IMG/VR virus record: IMGVR_UViG_3300044780_000032
Coordinates: 1-37,051 of that record
Reading direction: 5' to 3' (one strand)
Source of the DNA: a virus
Taxonomy: Duplodnaviria; Caudoviricetes
DNA length: 37,051 nt
In this document: in pieces, positions 15,195-23,836 of the stretch
How positions within the stretch are numbered: the stretch's first letter is position 1
Layout: every line of letters starts with the position of its first letter
Made by a program: the position numbers and the translations under genes
Notes under the pieces: model-generated
The model's input: only the letters and a program-made list of their open reading frames with translations
Told to the model about the DNA's origin: nothing
Databases searched by the model: none

Positions 15195-15536
15195 TTGGAA
15201 ATAATGGGTTGGTTGATTGCTGGGGGTATTGGAGGGGTGGCCGGGATCGTGGCGTACCTTCAGCAGTTTACCGACCCGAATACCAAAGTGGCCTGGAATA
15301 ATCGCATCTTTGGCGCAAGGGTAGTTACCGCATTCTTTGTTGGCGTCCTCTGCGAATGGCTTATCGCCGATATGGAGGGATTTACTGGAAAAGCTCGATA
15401 CTTCATGTACGCGATGTCTGGGTGGGGTGGCGCCGAGACAGTTCATTTCTTCCAGGAGGTATTCCGTGCAGCAGTTCAAAGGTTTGCAGGCCCGTCGGCC
15501 CCCGCCCGAGACAAAGACGGCGAAGTTCGTCGCTAG
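15195..15536 (+). CDS. Holin (2-3 predicted TM segments)
   Basis: Hydrophobic segments, charged C-terminal tail, upstream of the endolysin; TTG 15195 or ATG 15204 start. Confidence 0.75.
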   Translation: MEIMGWLIAGGIGGVAGIVAYLQQFTDPNTKVAWNNRIFGARVVTAFFVGVLCEWLIADMEGFTGKARYFMYAMSGWGGAETVHFFQEVFRAAVQRFAGPSAPARDKDGEVRR

Positions 15537-15615
15537 TGTCTGCTGGCGAGTTGCGACGGTAGGTGTTGCCCTCTGGGTGATAGTGTCATCAGCTGCAAAG
15601 TTAGCGGGGCATTGA
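15466..15615 (+). CDS. Putative 49-aa single-TM lysis accessory peptide overlapping the holin 3' end
   Basis: AGGAGGT SD before GTG 15466; basic N-terminus plus hydrophobic segment; TGA overlaps the endolysin ATG (TGATG). Confidence 0.55.
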   Translation: MQQFKGLQARRPPPETKTAKFVASVCWRVATVGVALWVIVSSAAKLAGH

Positions 15616-16079
15616 TGATAAACTCGAGGCAGCTGAGCGACCTGCTTCCTCCTGTGCATGATCGGATCGTGCACTTTATCGCTGTGGCGGAGATGCGTTT
15701 CGCGGAGAAATTTCCTGAGCATCGGTGGAAACTTCAGGTGCTCTCAACCTTCCGAGATAACGAATCGCAAGACGCACTCTATGCGAAGGGTAGGACAGTC
15801 CCAGGGCCGAAGGTTACAAATGCGCGCGGAGGCTATTCGTGGCACAACTTTCACTGTGCTGCTGATGTCGGGATTCTGCGAGATGGCCAGCTTACATGGG
15901 AGCGGGGGCTGTACAAGGAGCTGGGGGAGATCGGGAAAGAGTGCGGATTAACTTGGGGTGGCGACTGGAATGGTGATGGCGTGGAGCAGCCAGGGGACAC
16001 GGACCTCGACCATTTTCAGTATACCGGCGGGCTGACCCTCGCAGATCTTCGTGCGGGGAAACAAATCGAGGTAGCGTAG
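15615..16079 (+). CDS. Endolysin, peptidase M15 family (L-Ala-D-Glu endopeptidase-like)
   Basis: R...Q..LYAKGRT.PG.KVTNA.GG.SWHN...A.D, WGGDW and D..HFQ motifs. Confidence 0.9.
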   Translation: MINSRQLSDLLPPVHDRIVHFIAVAEMRFAEKFPEHRWKLQVLSTFRDNESQDALYAKGRTVPGPKVTNARGGYSWHNFHCAADVGILRDGQLTWERGLYKELGEIGKECGLTWGGDWNGDGVEQPGDTDLDHFQYTGGLTLADLRAGKQIEVA

Positions 16080-17756
16080 ATGCAAGTCCCCATTGACAAT
16101 GTCGGTTCGATCGGCCTGATTGCGGACATCTTTTCGGCGGAGACTCCGCCAGAGGCATGGACGACAGTTCAGAATGTTCGAATGGGGCCGCAGGGGGCAG
16201 AGAAGTTTCTCGGCCATACGAAGACGGTGAATACGGCGAGTGCCGGCTGGACACAACAACCAATTGCGCTGTTTTATGCCCCGGTCGCCGGGAGTACGGG
16301 CTTTATCGTCGGGCCGGGACTGACGAAGGTATATGTGCGCTCTGCAATTGCTCCGTACACGGAGACGGAGATAACACGTCTGGCTGGGGTGTATGCTGCG
16401 ACGCAGGATAAGAAGTGGACCGGGAGCGTGTTCGGCGGGATTTTCATCCTGAACAACGGTGTTGACGAGCCGCAGGTGTGGAATCCCGTGATAGTTGGGA
16501 CGAAGCTAGCAAACCTGAGCGCCTTCGGCTCTTCGCCGTGGGTGACAACGCACAGGTGTGGGTGCATGCGGCCATTTGGGCGCTATCTTGTGGCGACGGA
16601 CGTGACGAAGGCGGGGACGCGATTTCCGCAGATGGTGAAGTGGAGTCACTCGGCGGATCCTGGATCCCTTCCCTCGTCGTGGAGTATTACGGATCCGGCA
16701 GTTGACGCGGGCGAGTTTGGTCTGCAGGACGCGACCGGCGTCATAGTGGATCATCGCGGGCTGCGGAACAAGCAGATGCTCTACACGACGGATCAGGTGT
16801 GGCAGATGAGTTACGTCGGAGGCACGGATATCATGGGCTTCGATCCAGTTCTTCGAGAGCAGGGCGCGTTGGGGATCAACTGCGTCACGCTGTTCAAGAA
16901 GAGCGGGGCGGAACTGCATGCAGTGTTCGGTGGGAATGACATCTATGTGCATAACGGCCAGTCCGCAGACTCCATAATCTCGCCACTTCTGCGGAGGTGG
17001 CTGTATCAGCAGATAGACGCAAGTTTCTATGCGCGGTCGTTCGTGGTGGCGAACCCGCAGTTTACCGAAATCTGGTTCTGCTTTCCGGAACAGGGTTACG
17101 ACCAGCCGAGTATCGCCTTCGTGTGGAACTGGACCACAGGAGCTACGTCATTTCGAGATTTGTTGAAGGTGAGTTCTGGCGGGGATACCAGGGTTGTTGG
17201 CTCCACCGCCGGGACGCCGTTCATCGGGCAGGCGTTTATCGACGACACCTCCACGGAGCCGTGGACTGGTGACACCCAGACGTGGAATGCGGATACGACA
17301 ATCTGGAACACGCGGAGTTCGAATCCAGCAGTTGTTCGTCTATTGATGGCGGACAGAAGTGCGGGAAACCGGACATTCTTGGTGGACGACGGACAAACCT
17401 ACGACGGGAGCTCCATTTCGTGGAAGCTCGAGCGGACGTACCTTTCAATCATTGGACGGGATCGAGAGGGTAATCCGAAGAACGACACGACAGTGGACAA
17501 GCTCATTACGGAGCTGTGGCCGAGATTCGATGCGCCGATAGGAACGCAGATTACCTGCAATATCGGAACGTCCTTCGCAATGGCGGGGGCGGTAAGTTGG
17601 GGCGTGGACCAGACGTATAATGTAGGCGTGGATGAGTTCGTTCCGGTGTACTACTCCGGGAGATATATTTCCGTTCGTTTCTCCGGAACACACAATGTCG
17701 GTGTGCGTGGCCTCGGCTACGCCCTCGATATCGTGCAGAATGGAGTGTATAGCTAA
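16080..17756 (+). CDS. Tail nozzle / stabilisation protein (P22 gp10 / T7 gp12-like)
   Basis: 558 aa, beta-rich; ILNNG...PQVW, VKWS and EIWFCFP segments; position in the tail block. Confidence 0.8.
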   Translation: MQVPIDNVGSIGLIADIFSAETPPEAWTTVQNVRMGPQGAEKFLGHTKTVNTASAGWTQQPIALFYAPVAGSTGFIVGPGLTKVYVRSAIAPYTETEITRLAGVYAATQDKKWTGSVFGGIFILNNGVDEPQVWNPVIVGTKLANLSAFGSSPWVTTHRCGCMRPFGRYLVATDVTKAGTRFPQMVKWSHSADPGSLPSSWSITDPAVDAGEFGLQDATGVIVDHRGLRNKQMLYTTDQVWQMSYVGGTDIMGFDPVLREQGALGINCVTLFKKSGAELHAVFGGNDIYVHNGQSADSIISPLLRRWLYQQIDASFYARSFVVANPQFTEIWFCFPEQGYDQPSIAFVWNWTTGATSFRDLLKVSSGGDTRVVGSTAGTPFIGQAFIDDTSTEPWTGDTQTWNADTTIWNTRSSNPAVVRLLMADRSAGNRTFLVDDGQTYDGSSISWKLERTYLSIIGRDREGNPKNDTTVDKLITELWPRFDAPIGTQITCNIGTSFAMAGAVSWGVDQTYNVGVDEFVPVYYSGRYISVRFSGTHNVGVRGLGYALDIVQNGVYS

Positions 17757-19213
17757 TGCCGCGGTATACTCCTGACACGACAGTAATCGATCGCCAAGAT
17801 ATTGGCCCGCAGGAGCTTGCGCGTTATATCAAGAAAGAACTTGATGCGATTGCCGCAGCTCTCGGAGTTGTCAGCGATGGGTATAAGGAGGTCATCACCG
17901 CGACAGGCGTGCGTCCACGCGAGGGCCAGCTCGTATATGCGGATGGTATTGGCTGGAATCCAGGAGATGGGAAGGGGTTGTATCTGTACGACAGCGCCGT
18001 GTGGCGGCGGATAATTCAGTCGAATAGTGCGATCTTCGATAGCCCGATCCGGCTGCGTGATGGGGGTGTGGCTAACTTCCCAGCCGGTGTTGCGAGTGAA
18101 CTAAACGCCGCGATGCTAGATTTCGGCGTCAATGAGGACACCGGGGCTCGCTTTGGTCCTCCGGCGTATACGTCAGCGAATCAGGGCGGATTCTTTCGTG
18201 TAGATACTCGTGGTGGTACCGTCCCGTTGTTCAACTGGTACGCCCGTCTTGCGGGAAGCACTGCGGGCGTGTCCTTGTTCGCCTTTCTTGACGTGGGGCA
18301 GAATAGTGGTCAGACGCTATTCAGTATGACCCATACGTCGTCCAATGCAGGAATCGCGCTCACTGGCTTTGGTGGGCATCAGTATCAGATTAATTCGCTC
18401 ACGGATGGTCGGCTGCAGATTCGTGATACAACTATCGCAAGTACTCGTATCATAATTGGCGCAACTGGGCTTGTCGGTGTGACGGAGACGCAGCCGCAGA
18501 CGAAGTTGCACGTCGGGACGAAGGTAGCAGATGATAATGGCTACACCTACGACGCTGACGCCCTCATGGCAGTGCATCAGACCCCGACTGCCACAGCAAC
18601 ACTTAACGATCCGAAAGAGGTGTTGCTCCTTGCTCGGCAGGGGACTTCCGGTCAGGCTTATGGGGCTGGAGTATCCTTCCGTCTTTCTCGCTGGGAGAAT
18701 AATGGCACCAACAGTCGAACAAGGCTGGACATTATTCTCGCTCAGGGCGCCTTTTTAACGGCGACAACGACGGTACTCAAGTTGTTTTCCGATGGGCGTA
18801 TCGCGGGAACGGGACTGCATAACACCGGCACAGTTACGGGGACGGCGGATCAGTTTATTGCAAGTGGGTCGCGCACTGGAGCTATAACCGGCATTGTGAA
18901 TATGGCGAGCTCGACGAACAGAAATCAGATATGGACGCGCGTCGGCAATGTTGTAACCTGCGCCGGCGCAGCTACCGTCGCGGCTACTGTAGCTAACAAT
19001 GACGTGACCTTCGAGATAGATCTTCCTATAGCATCAACCTTCGCTGATGGCTTCAGTGGGTCTGGGACTGCGACGTATCAAACAGGTGCAGCAGCGGCAT
19101 TCGCCGATGGTACTGTATTGTCGAGTGCCACGGGAAAGATGCAGATAACAATTCACCCGCCAAACACAAACTCTGTTATCGTTCGATACAATTTCGAGTA
19201 CGAGGTCCTGTAA
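17756..19213 (+). CDS. Tail fibre / spike protein, 485 aa
   Basis: N-terminal PREG..VYADG..WNPG.G.GLY module; fibre-like VGV....PQTKLHV; C-terminal WTRVGNVVT...DLP head; Gly/Thr/Ala-rich. Confidence 0.7.
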   Translation: MPRYTPDTTVIDRQDIGPQELARYIKKELDAIAAALGVVSDGYKEVITATGVRPREGQLVYADGIGWNPGDGKGLYLYDSAVWRRIIQSNSAIFDSPIRLRDGGVANFPAGVASELNAAMLDFGVNEDTGARFGPPAYTSANQGGFFRVDTRGGTVPLFNWYARLAGSTAGVSLFAFLDVGQNSGQTLFSMTHTSSNAGIALTGFGGHQYQINSLTDGRLQIRDTTIASTRIIIGATGLVGVTETQPQTKLHVGTKVADDNGYTYDADALMAVHQTPTATATLNDPKEVLLLARQGTSGQAYGAGVSFRLSRWENNGTNSRTRLDIILAQGAFLTATTTVLKLFSDGRIAGTGLHNTGTVTGTADQFIASGSRTGAITGIVNMASSTNRNQIWTRVGNVVTCAGAATVAATVANNDVTFEIDLPIASTFADGFSGSGTATYQTGAAAAFADGTVLSSATGKMQITIHPPNTNSVIVRYNFEYEVL

Positions 19214-19503
19214 TGGCGTTTACCTGTTCGGTTGACAATCGGGGCTTTACCTTTGCGACTGCCCACAATGAGATTCTGGCGGCGCACATAAATCGAGCGA
19301 CGCGTCAGGTCATTGTGAGCTATGCCGTATTCGCCTCGCGCGCGGCGGCGGTCGCGGATTTTCAGGGAAATGTCCTGTTCCTTGGTGAGGTGGCGATTCC
19401 GTTCTCCGACCTTGGCCCGCAACTGGTTGCGCTCAAGAATGCAATCGAGGCGAATTTGCTGGCAAGGTTTCCCGGGGCCGTCTCCACAGCAGACGCGGGC
19501 TAG
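19213..19503 (+). CDS. Hypothetical protein, possible fibre chaperone, 96 aa
   Basis: TAATG coupling to the fibre gene. Confidence 0.6.
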   Translation: MAFTCSVDNRGFTFATAHNEILAAHINRATRQVIVSYAVFASRAAAVADFQGNVLFLGEVAIPFSDLGPQLVALKNAIEANLLARFPGAVSTADAG

Positions 19504-19525
19504 TCCAGACTTGCCCTGGGAACTT

Positions 19526-19554
19526 TTGACTTGTGCCGTGCTCGGTGAGATACT
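19526..19554 (+). promoter_or_regulatory. sigma70-like internal promoter TTGACT-N17-GATACT
   Basis: 5/6 -35 match, 17-nt spacer, -10 retains the conserved A2 and T6; intergenic, ahead of TAAGGAG RBS. Confidence 0.6.
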
Positions 19555-19587
19555 CGCGCGAGCGGCATAGATAAGGAGCTTTGAGCT

Positions 19588-21366
19588 ATGACACCTACCG
19601 AAATGATGCTGGCGAATACGAGAAACGTGGCAGCGTTTCAGCCGGCACCGTATCTCAACAAGCTCGCGGCAAACAATCCTATCGCGCCGCCGAAGCCGAT
19701 GGATACGAATGGCGCAATGCTGCCTCCCGGCGCCATTCAGCAGCCGCAGGCACAGCCGACCTTTGGCGGGACCACGAAGCCATTGCAGCTGTTTGCGCCG
19801 ATCAATAAAGCTGCACCGTCGATGCCGAGTGTGACCTACAATCCGCCACCGCCGCCGATTACGAGGCCGCCGAACGCCCCTACCGTGCCGCCGCCTCCGG
19901 GGCCTACCCCGCCGCCGACTGCTGGACTGCAGTTTGGTGGCTCGCAACTCCCGTTTCAGCTGGCCCCGACTGATCTTTCCGGGCCGAACGACGGAACCTG
20001 GAAAGACCAGTATCGCAGGCAGGGGGTTGATGCTGCGAACGCCGGACTCCCTCCGAACTACTCCGGCATTGATCGGCGGACGGGGTATCAGTATCTCAAC
20101 GGGACGCTCTTTGCTCCGGAGGGAAAGACCCAGAGCGGGGACAATAGCGTGATGGGGCAGGCGTTCCAGAATCAACTCCAGGCCTATGGCCTTATGCCGT
20201 TGGTGAATCAGTTCTCGAACCTCGACTTCTCGAAGCTCGGCACGGTCAACCCTCTCGGACGGACCGGAGGCCCCATCCTCGGCGGGGCTGCTCCGGCGCC
20301 GGCTCCCGAGGGTGCGCCTCCACCGGATGTCGGAGGTGGGAATCCGATCGCGCGTCCGCCTGGTGGCCCGATCATCCCGGGGGGTGGTGGAGGCGGCTTC
20401 GCCCCGGGTGGCGGCCTGAATCAGCCCGGCCGAACCGACCTTCCGTATGGGGGTGGTAGTCCTCCGCCTCCGGGATCGTGGCAGGACTTGCTGACTCAGC
20501 TCTTCCCCGGGGATCTTGCGGGGAACGAGACACGGAATACATCACGCTCTGGACTCGATCCGAGGCTCGATTCGACCTTCAACTACCTGATGGGGCAGGC
20601 ACTTCAGCGCTACGCCGACCCGAACGGACAGCACTATTACGAGGGTAACACTGTCGCGCAGCTGACTCCGGACGAGCTCCAAGCGCAGGCGCTCATGCGG
20701 CAGCAGGCCGGTGATACCTCGATGGGGGACGCGAGCGGGGATTACCTCAAAACACTGCTTTCGCGGGCGCAGAATCCGAGCAGCGATCCAACGGTGCAGG
20801 CTGCGATCGACGCGATGGCGAAAGATGCAACACAGTCGATGACGGACCCGGGTGGCGTGCTGGCGAATATCCGCAGTGCCGGGATTCAAAATGGTAACCT
20901 TGGGAGTTCGCGGCAGGGAATTGCCGAGGGCCTTGCGGCGGCGCGACTCCAGGATACCATCGCGAAGAATTCCGCTGCGATGCGGATGGACGCACGAGAC
21001 AAGAATCTTTCGGCGGCAAATGCGGTCTTAACGCAGATGCCCCAGATCGAGGCGCAGAAACTCATGCCCTCGCAACTCCTCTCGACGGTGGGGCAGCAGA
21101 ATCGTTCGCAGGATCAAGCTCAGATTACGGACGCCCTTACCCGTTGGGCCTATAATACGTTCGAGCCGGATCGCCGACTGCAGAACGTGTACGGGTTGCT
21201 CAACGCGACGCCGCTTGGGGGTTACAACACCGGGGACAGCTTTCTCGGCAATGACCTCCTCGCGAGAATGGGGAGTCCTTCAACGGCGCAGAATATCGTC
21301 GGCGGACTTACGGGCGGTGCAGCTCTGCTTACCTTCCTGCAGAACCTGGGAATTTTCAACTCATAA
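19588..21366 (+). CDS. Internal virion / DNA ejection protein with Pro/Gly-rich N-terminal half
   Basis: C-terminal half has YYEGNTVAQLTP and GNLGSSRQGIAEG segments and a hydrophobic Gly-rich end; position after the tail genes. Confidence 0.7.
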   Translation: MTPTEMMLANTRNVAAFQPAPYLNKLAANNPIAPPKPMDTNGAMLPPGAIQQPQAQPTFGGTTKPLQLFAPINKAAPSMPSVTYNPPPPPITRPPNAPTVPPPPGPTPPPTAGLQFGGSQLPFQLAPTDLSGPNDGTWKDQYRRQGVDAANAGLPPNYSGIDRRTGYQYLNGTLFAPEGKTQSGDNSVMGQAFQNQLQAYGLMPLVNQFSNLDFSKLGTVNPLGRTGGPILGGAAPAPAPEGAPPPDVGGGNPIARPPGGPIIPGGGGGGFAPGGGLNQPGRTDLPYGGGSPPPPGSWQDLLTQLFPGDLAGNETRNTSRSGLDPRLDSTFNYLMGQALQRYADPNGQHYYEGNTVAQLTPDELQAQALMRQQAGDTSMGDASGDYLKTLLSRAQNPSSDPTVQAAIDAMAKDATQSMTDPGGVLANIRSAGIQNGNLGSSRQGIAEGLAAARLQDTIAKNSAAMRMDARDKNLSAANAVLTQMPQIEAQKLMPSQLLSTVGQQNRSQDQAQITDALTRWAYNTFEPDRRLQNVYGLLNATPLGGYNTGDSFLGNDLLARMGSPSTAQNIVGGLTGGAALLTFLQNLGIFNS

Positions 21367-21375
21367 GGAGGCGAA

Positions 21376-22356
21376 ATGCCCAACTTTGGCAGGTCCGGCA
21401 TTGACTTCACCAATGTCCTTGCGCAGAGGAACTCGAATAACGTAACTACGCGTGATCCGGTGTTGGAGCGCTATGGGCATTTCGTCGAAGAGAATTCTGG
21501 CGGCGACGGCGGACAGACACGACTTCGGTGGTATCCGAACGAGGGGAGCCCGATCAGCGCTGACGGTACGATCACGATAGATGGTGTGCGGTATCGCCAG
21601 GTGGGGGATTCGCCCTATGTGATCGACCCCGGGAGAAACATCGACAATCCCGAGTTTGGCACGCTGACTCCCGTGGACAACCTACGGGACAACAGCGACT
21701 TCATCGAACACGCCATGCCTGTTGTTGTGGCCTCGGCCCTGGGTGGCGCAGTGGCGGCACACGCCGGGGCCTTTGGGGGCGGTGCAGGGGGCGGAGGGGG
21801 TGGGGACGGAAACAGCTTTCTCGAGAACCTGGGCGGAGATCCACCTCCGGGAGGCGGCGCAACAACGCTTCCGGGAGGGGGTGGCATCGAGGGTCCTCCG
21901 CTGCCACCGCTAGAAGGTCCGCCCGTCCCACCACCGGAGGGTCCGCCTGTGCCGGAGCTCGAGGGGCCTCCCATCCCCACGCCTGGAGGTGGGACACCCG
22001 ATCCTGCCTATCCTGGCCTGGGGGATGGGGGAACGGACTTGTCGAATCTCACACCGCTCGAACATCTGCCGGATACTCAACTACATCCGTTGGTTCCCGG
22101 TGGCGGAACGAGTTTCGTTGATCGCCTGATCAGCGGACTACGGAACCTTCCTCCGGGACTCACGGGGGGAGGTGGCGGCGGCGGTGGCGGAGGAGGCGGG
22201 GGAGGTGGTGGTGCTCGTGGCAGCAGTGCTGGTGGTGGCGCTGGTGGACAGCTTGGTGGCGTTCGTGGTGCCCACCCGGATATGCTGCAGAACCCATTTG
22301 CCAAAAACAAGCCGATGGATGTACTCTCGCTGTTCGAGTACCTGAAAGGACGCTGA
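21376..22356 (+). CDS. Gly/Pro-rich low-complexity protein, probable internal virion protein
   Basis: TAAGGAGG RBS; central hydrophobic segment; four EGPP repeats; long poly-Gly run. Confidence 0.7.
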   Translation: MPNFGRSGIDFTNVLAQRNSNNVTTRDPVLERYGHFVEENSGGDGGQTRLRWYPNEGSPISADGTITIDGVRYRQVGDSPYVIDPGRNIDNPEFGTLTPVDNLRDNSDFIEHAMPVVVASALGGAVAAHAGAFGGGAGGGGGGDGNSFLENLGGDPPPGGGATTLPGGGGIEGPPLPPLEGPPVPPPEGPPVPELEGPPIPTPGGGTPDPAYPGLGDGGTDLSNLTPLEHLPDTQLHPLVPGGGTSFVDRLISGLRNLPPGLTGGGGGGGGGGGGGGGGARGSSAGGGAGGQLGGVRGAHPDMLQNPFAKNKPMDVLSLFEYLKGR

Positions 22357-22357
22357 T

Positions 22358-23836
22358 ATGGACTTCCCTCTCGACACGCAGGATGCAGCAGGCCCACCGG
22401 ACCTAACCGCATTCATTCAGAGTATGCTGGACGCAAATGGCGGTGGGGCAGGGCCCGCTGCCCCTGCCGCCCCTGCTGCGGCAGGCCCGCGTCCAGACAT
22501 CCTCGCGCTGCTGTCCCAGAAGGCAGGACCTCCTCCGCCAATTCCGCAGGCAAATCCTGACCAGCAGAAGATGCTTCTCCCGATGGCCCTTTTGCAGATG
22601 GCCACTGCTGTCACGCAGCCGCGTGCCCCGGGGCAAAGCTCTTTCGGCAAGATTATGGAGGGGGCCTCGGGAGCGGCGAACTACTATGCGACGGAGAACC
22701 AGCGGCTGCAAGATCGGGCAATCGCCCAGGGGAAGGACCAGCGCGCCATGCAACTGGCGGATCAGCAACTGCAGAACCAGCGAATCGCGAATGTCCGCAG
22801 CACGCAGGAGATTGTGGACACGGAAGAGCGACGGCCGCTGCAGTTGCAGGCGCTCCAACAGTCTCTTGACAACGCAAAGACGGAGGGGGAACTGAAGGCG
22901 GTTCAGCTGCGGTTGGAGAAGCTGAACGAGCTGTACGCCGGGCGCGTTCGCGAGTCGGCCCTTTCCCTCCAGGCGGCGCAGACGGATGAATCCCGGGCGC
23001 GCGCTACGATGGAGAAGGCCCACGCAGAGGACTTCGCGAAGCACTCCGCGACCCTGCTCGAAATCGCCAACAACAAGCTCGAAATGGCTCGGGCGGCACT
23101 CGCGGCGAAGGGTGAGCAGGCGGCGTACCATCCGATACCCGGGCTGCCGGGGGAGCCGGACCGTCTGATCGACCAGAAAAGTGGGAGGATGTTCTACGCC
23201 CCAATGAGCCCTGCGGACGCCGTGAAGTATGCAAAGCGGCAGGTGGCGGCCAATACCGAACTCTCCGGGAAGAAACTCTCTGATGCGGAGACGATGGCGC
23301 AGGTGCGAGAGCTCGCAGCACAGTTTATGAAGGGGACTGTTCCAACGGCCCCGGGCGCGGAGTCGGGAGTATCGGCACCCGGTGCCACCCCCAGCGCCAC
23401 CCCCACCTATCCGAAGGGACAAACTGCCTCGACGATGGCAGATATGATGGTGGAGCAGGCGAAGGCGGAAAGCGCAAAGGATTTGAACTTCGCGAAGAAG
23501 GTCATTATCGCGGGTCAGCCACGCTACTTCATTGGCGGGAAGGAGGTCGATCAGGCGGAGGTCTTGCGGAGGGCGAATGGTGCCAAGGCGGGCGGGGGGG
23601 CGCCTGTCGCACCCGCGGCTCCTGCGGCCGGGCCGTCTCCGGCGACCTCTCTTCCCGCTTCTTCACCCGCCGCAGCTGGCCCCATTTCGCAGGAGATCCA
23701 GATGCTCAAGGCGCAGATTGCCTCGCTGGTGCTTGCCGCGCAGGATCCGCGTATGGGGGTGAATGACAGAGTTAAAATCTCCGGCACCCTGGCCGGGCTG
23801 CAGCAGCGGCTTAACCAACTTGAGGGCACGCGCTGA
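22358..23836 (+). CDS. Internal virion / ejection protein with Gln/Ala-rich coiled-coil core
   Basis: 492 aa helical composition; third of four genes in the ejection block. Confidence 0.7.
   Translation: MDFPLDTQDAAGPPDLTAFIQSMLDANGGGAGPAAPAAPAAAGPRPDILALLSQKAGPPPPIPQANPDQQKMLLPMALLQMATAVTQPRAPGQSSFGKIMEGASGAANYYATENQRLQDRAIAQGKDQRAMQLADQQLQNQRIANVRSTQEIVDTEERRPLQLQALQQSLDNAKTEGELKAVQLRLEKLNELYAGRVRESALSLQAAQTDESRARATMEKAHAEDFAKHSATLLEIANNKLEMARAALAAKGEQAAYHPIPGLPGEPDRLIDQKSGRMFYAPMSPADAVKYAKRQVAANTELSGKKLSDAETMAQVRELAAQFMKGTVPTAPGAESGVSAPGATPSATPTYPKGQTASTMADMMVEQAKAESAKDLNFAKKVIIAGQPRYFIGGKEVDQAEVLRRANGAKAGGGAPVAPAAPAAGPSPATSLPASSPAAAGPISQEIQMLKAQIASLVLAAQDPRMGVNDRVKISGTLAGLQQRLNQLEGTR

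Noticed and set aside
15195-15206. Possible lambda-type dual start of the holin (TTG-GAA-ATA-ATG)
   Set aside because: The extension is Met-Glu-Ile, with no Lys/Arg as in S107. The start is simply ambiguous.
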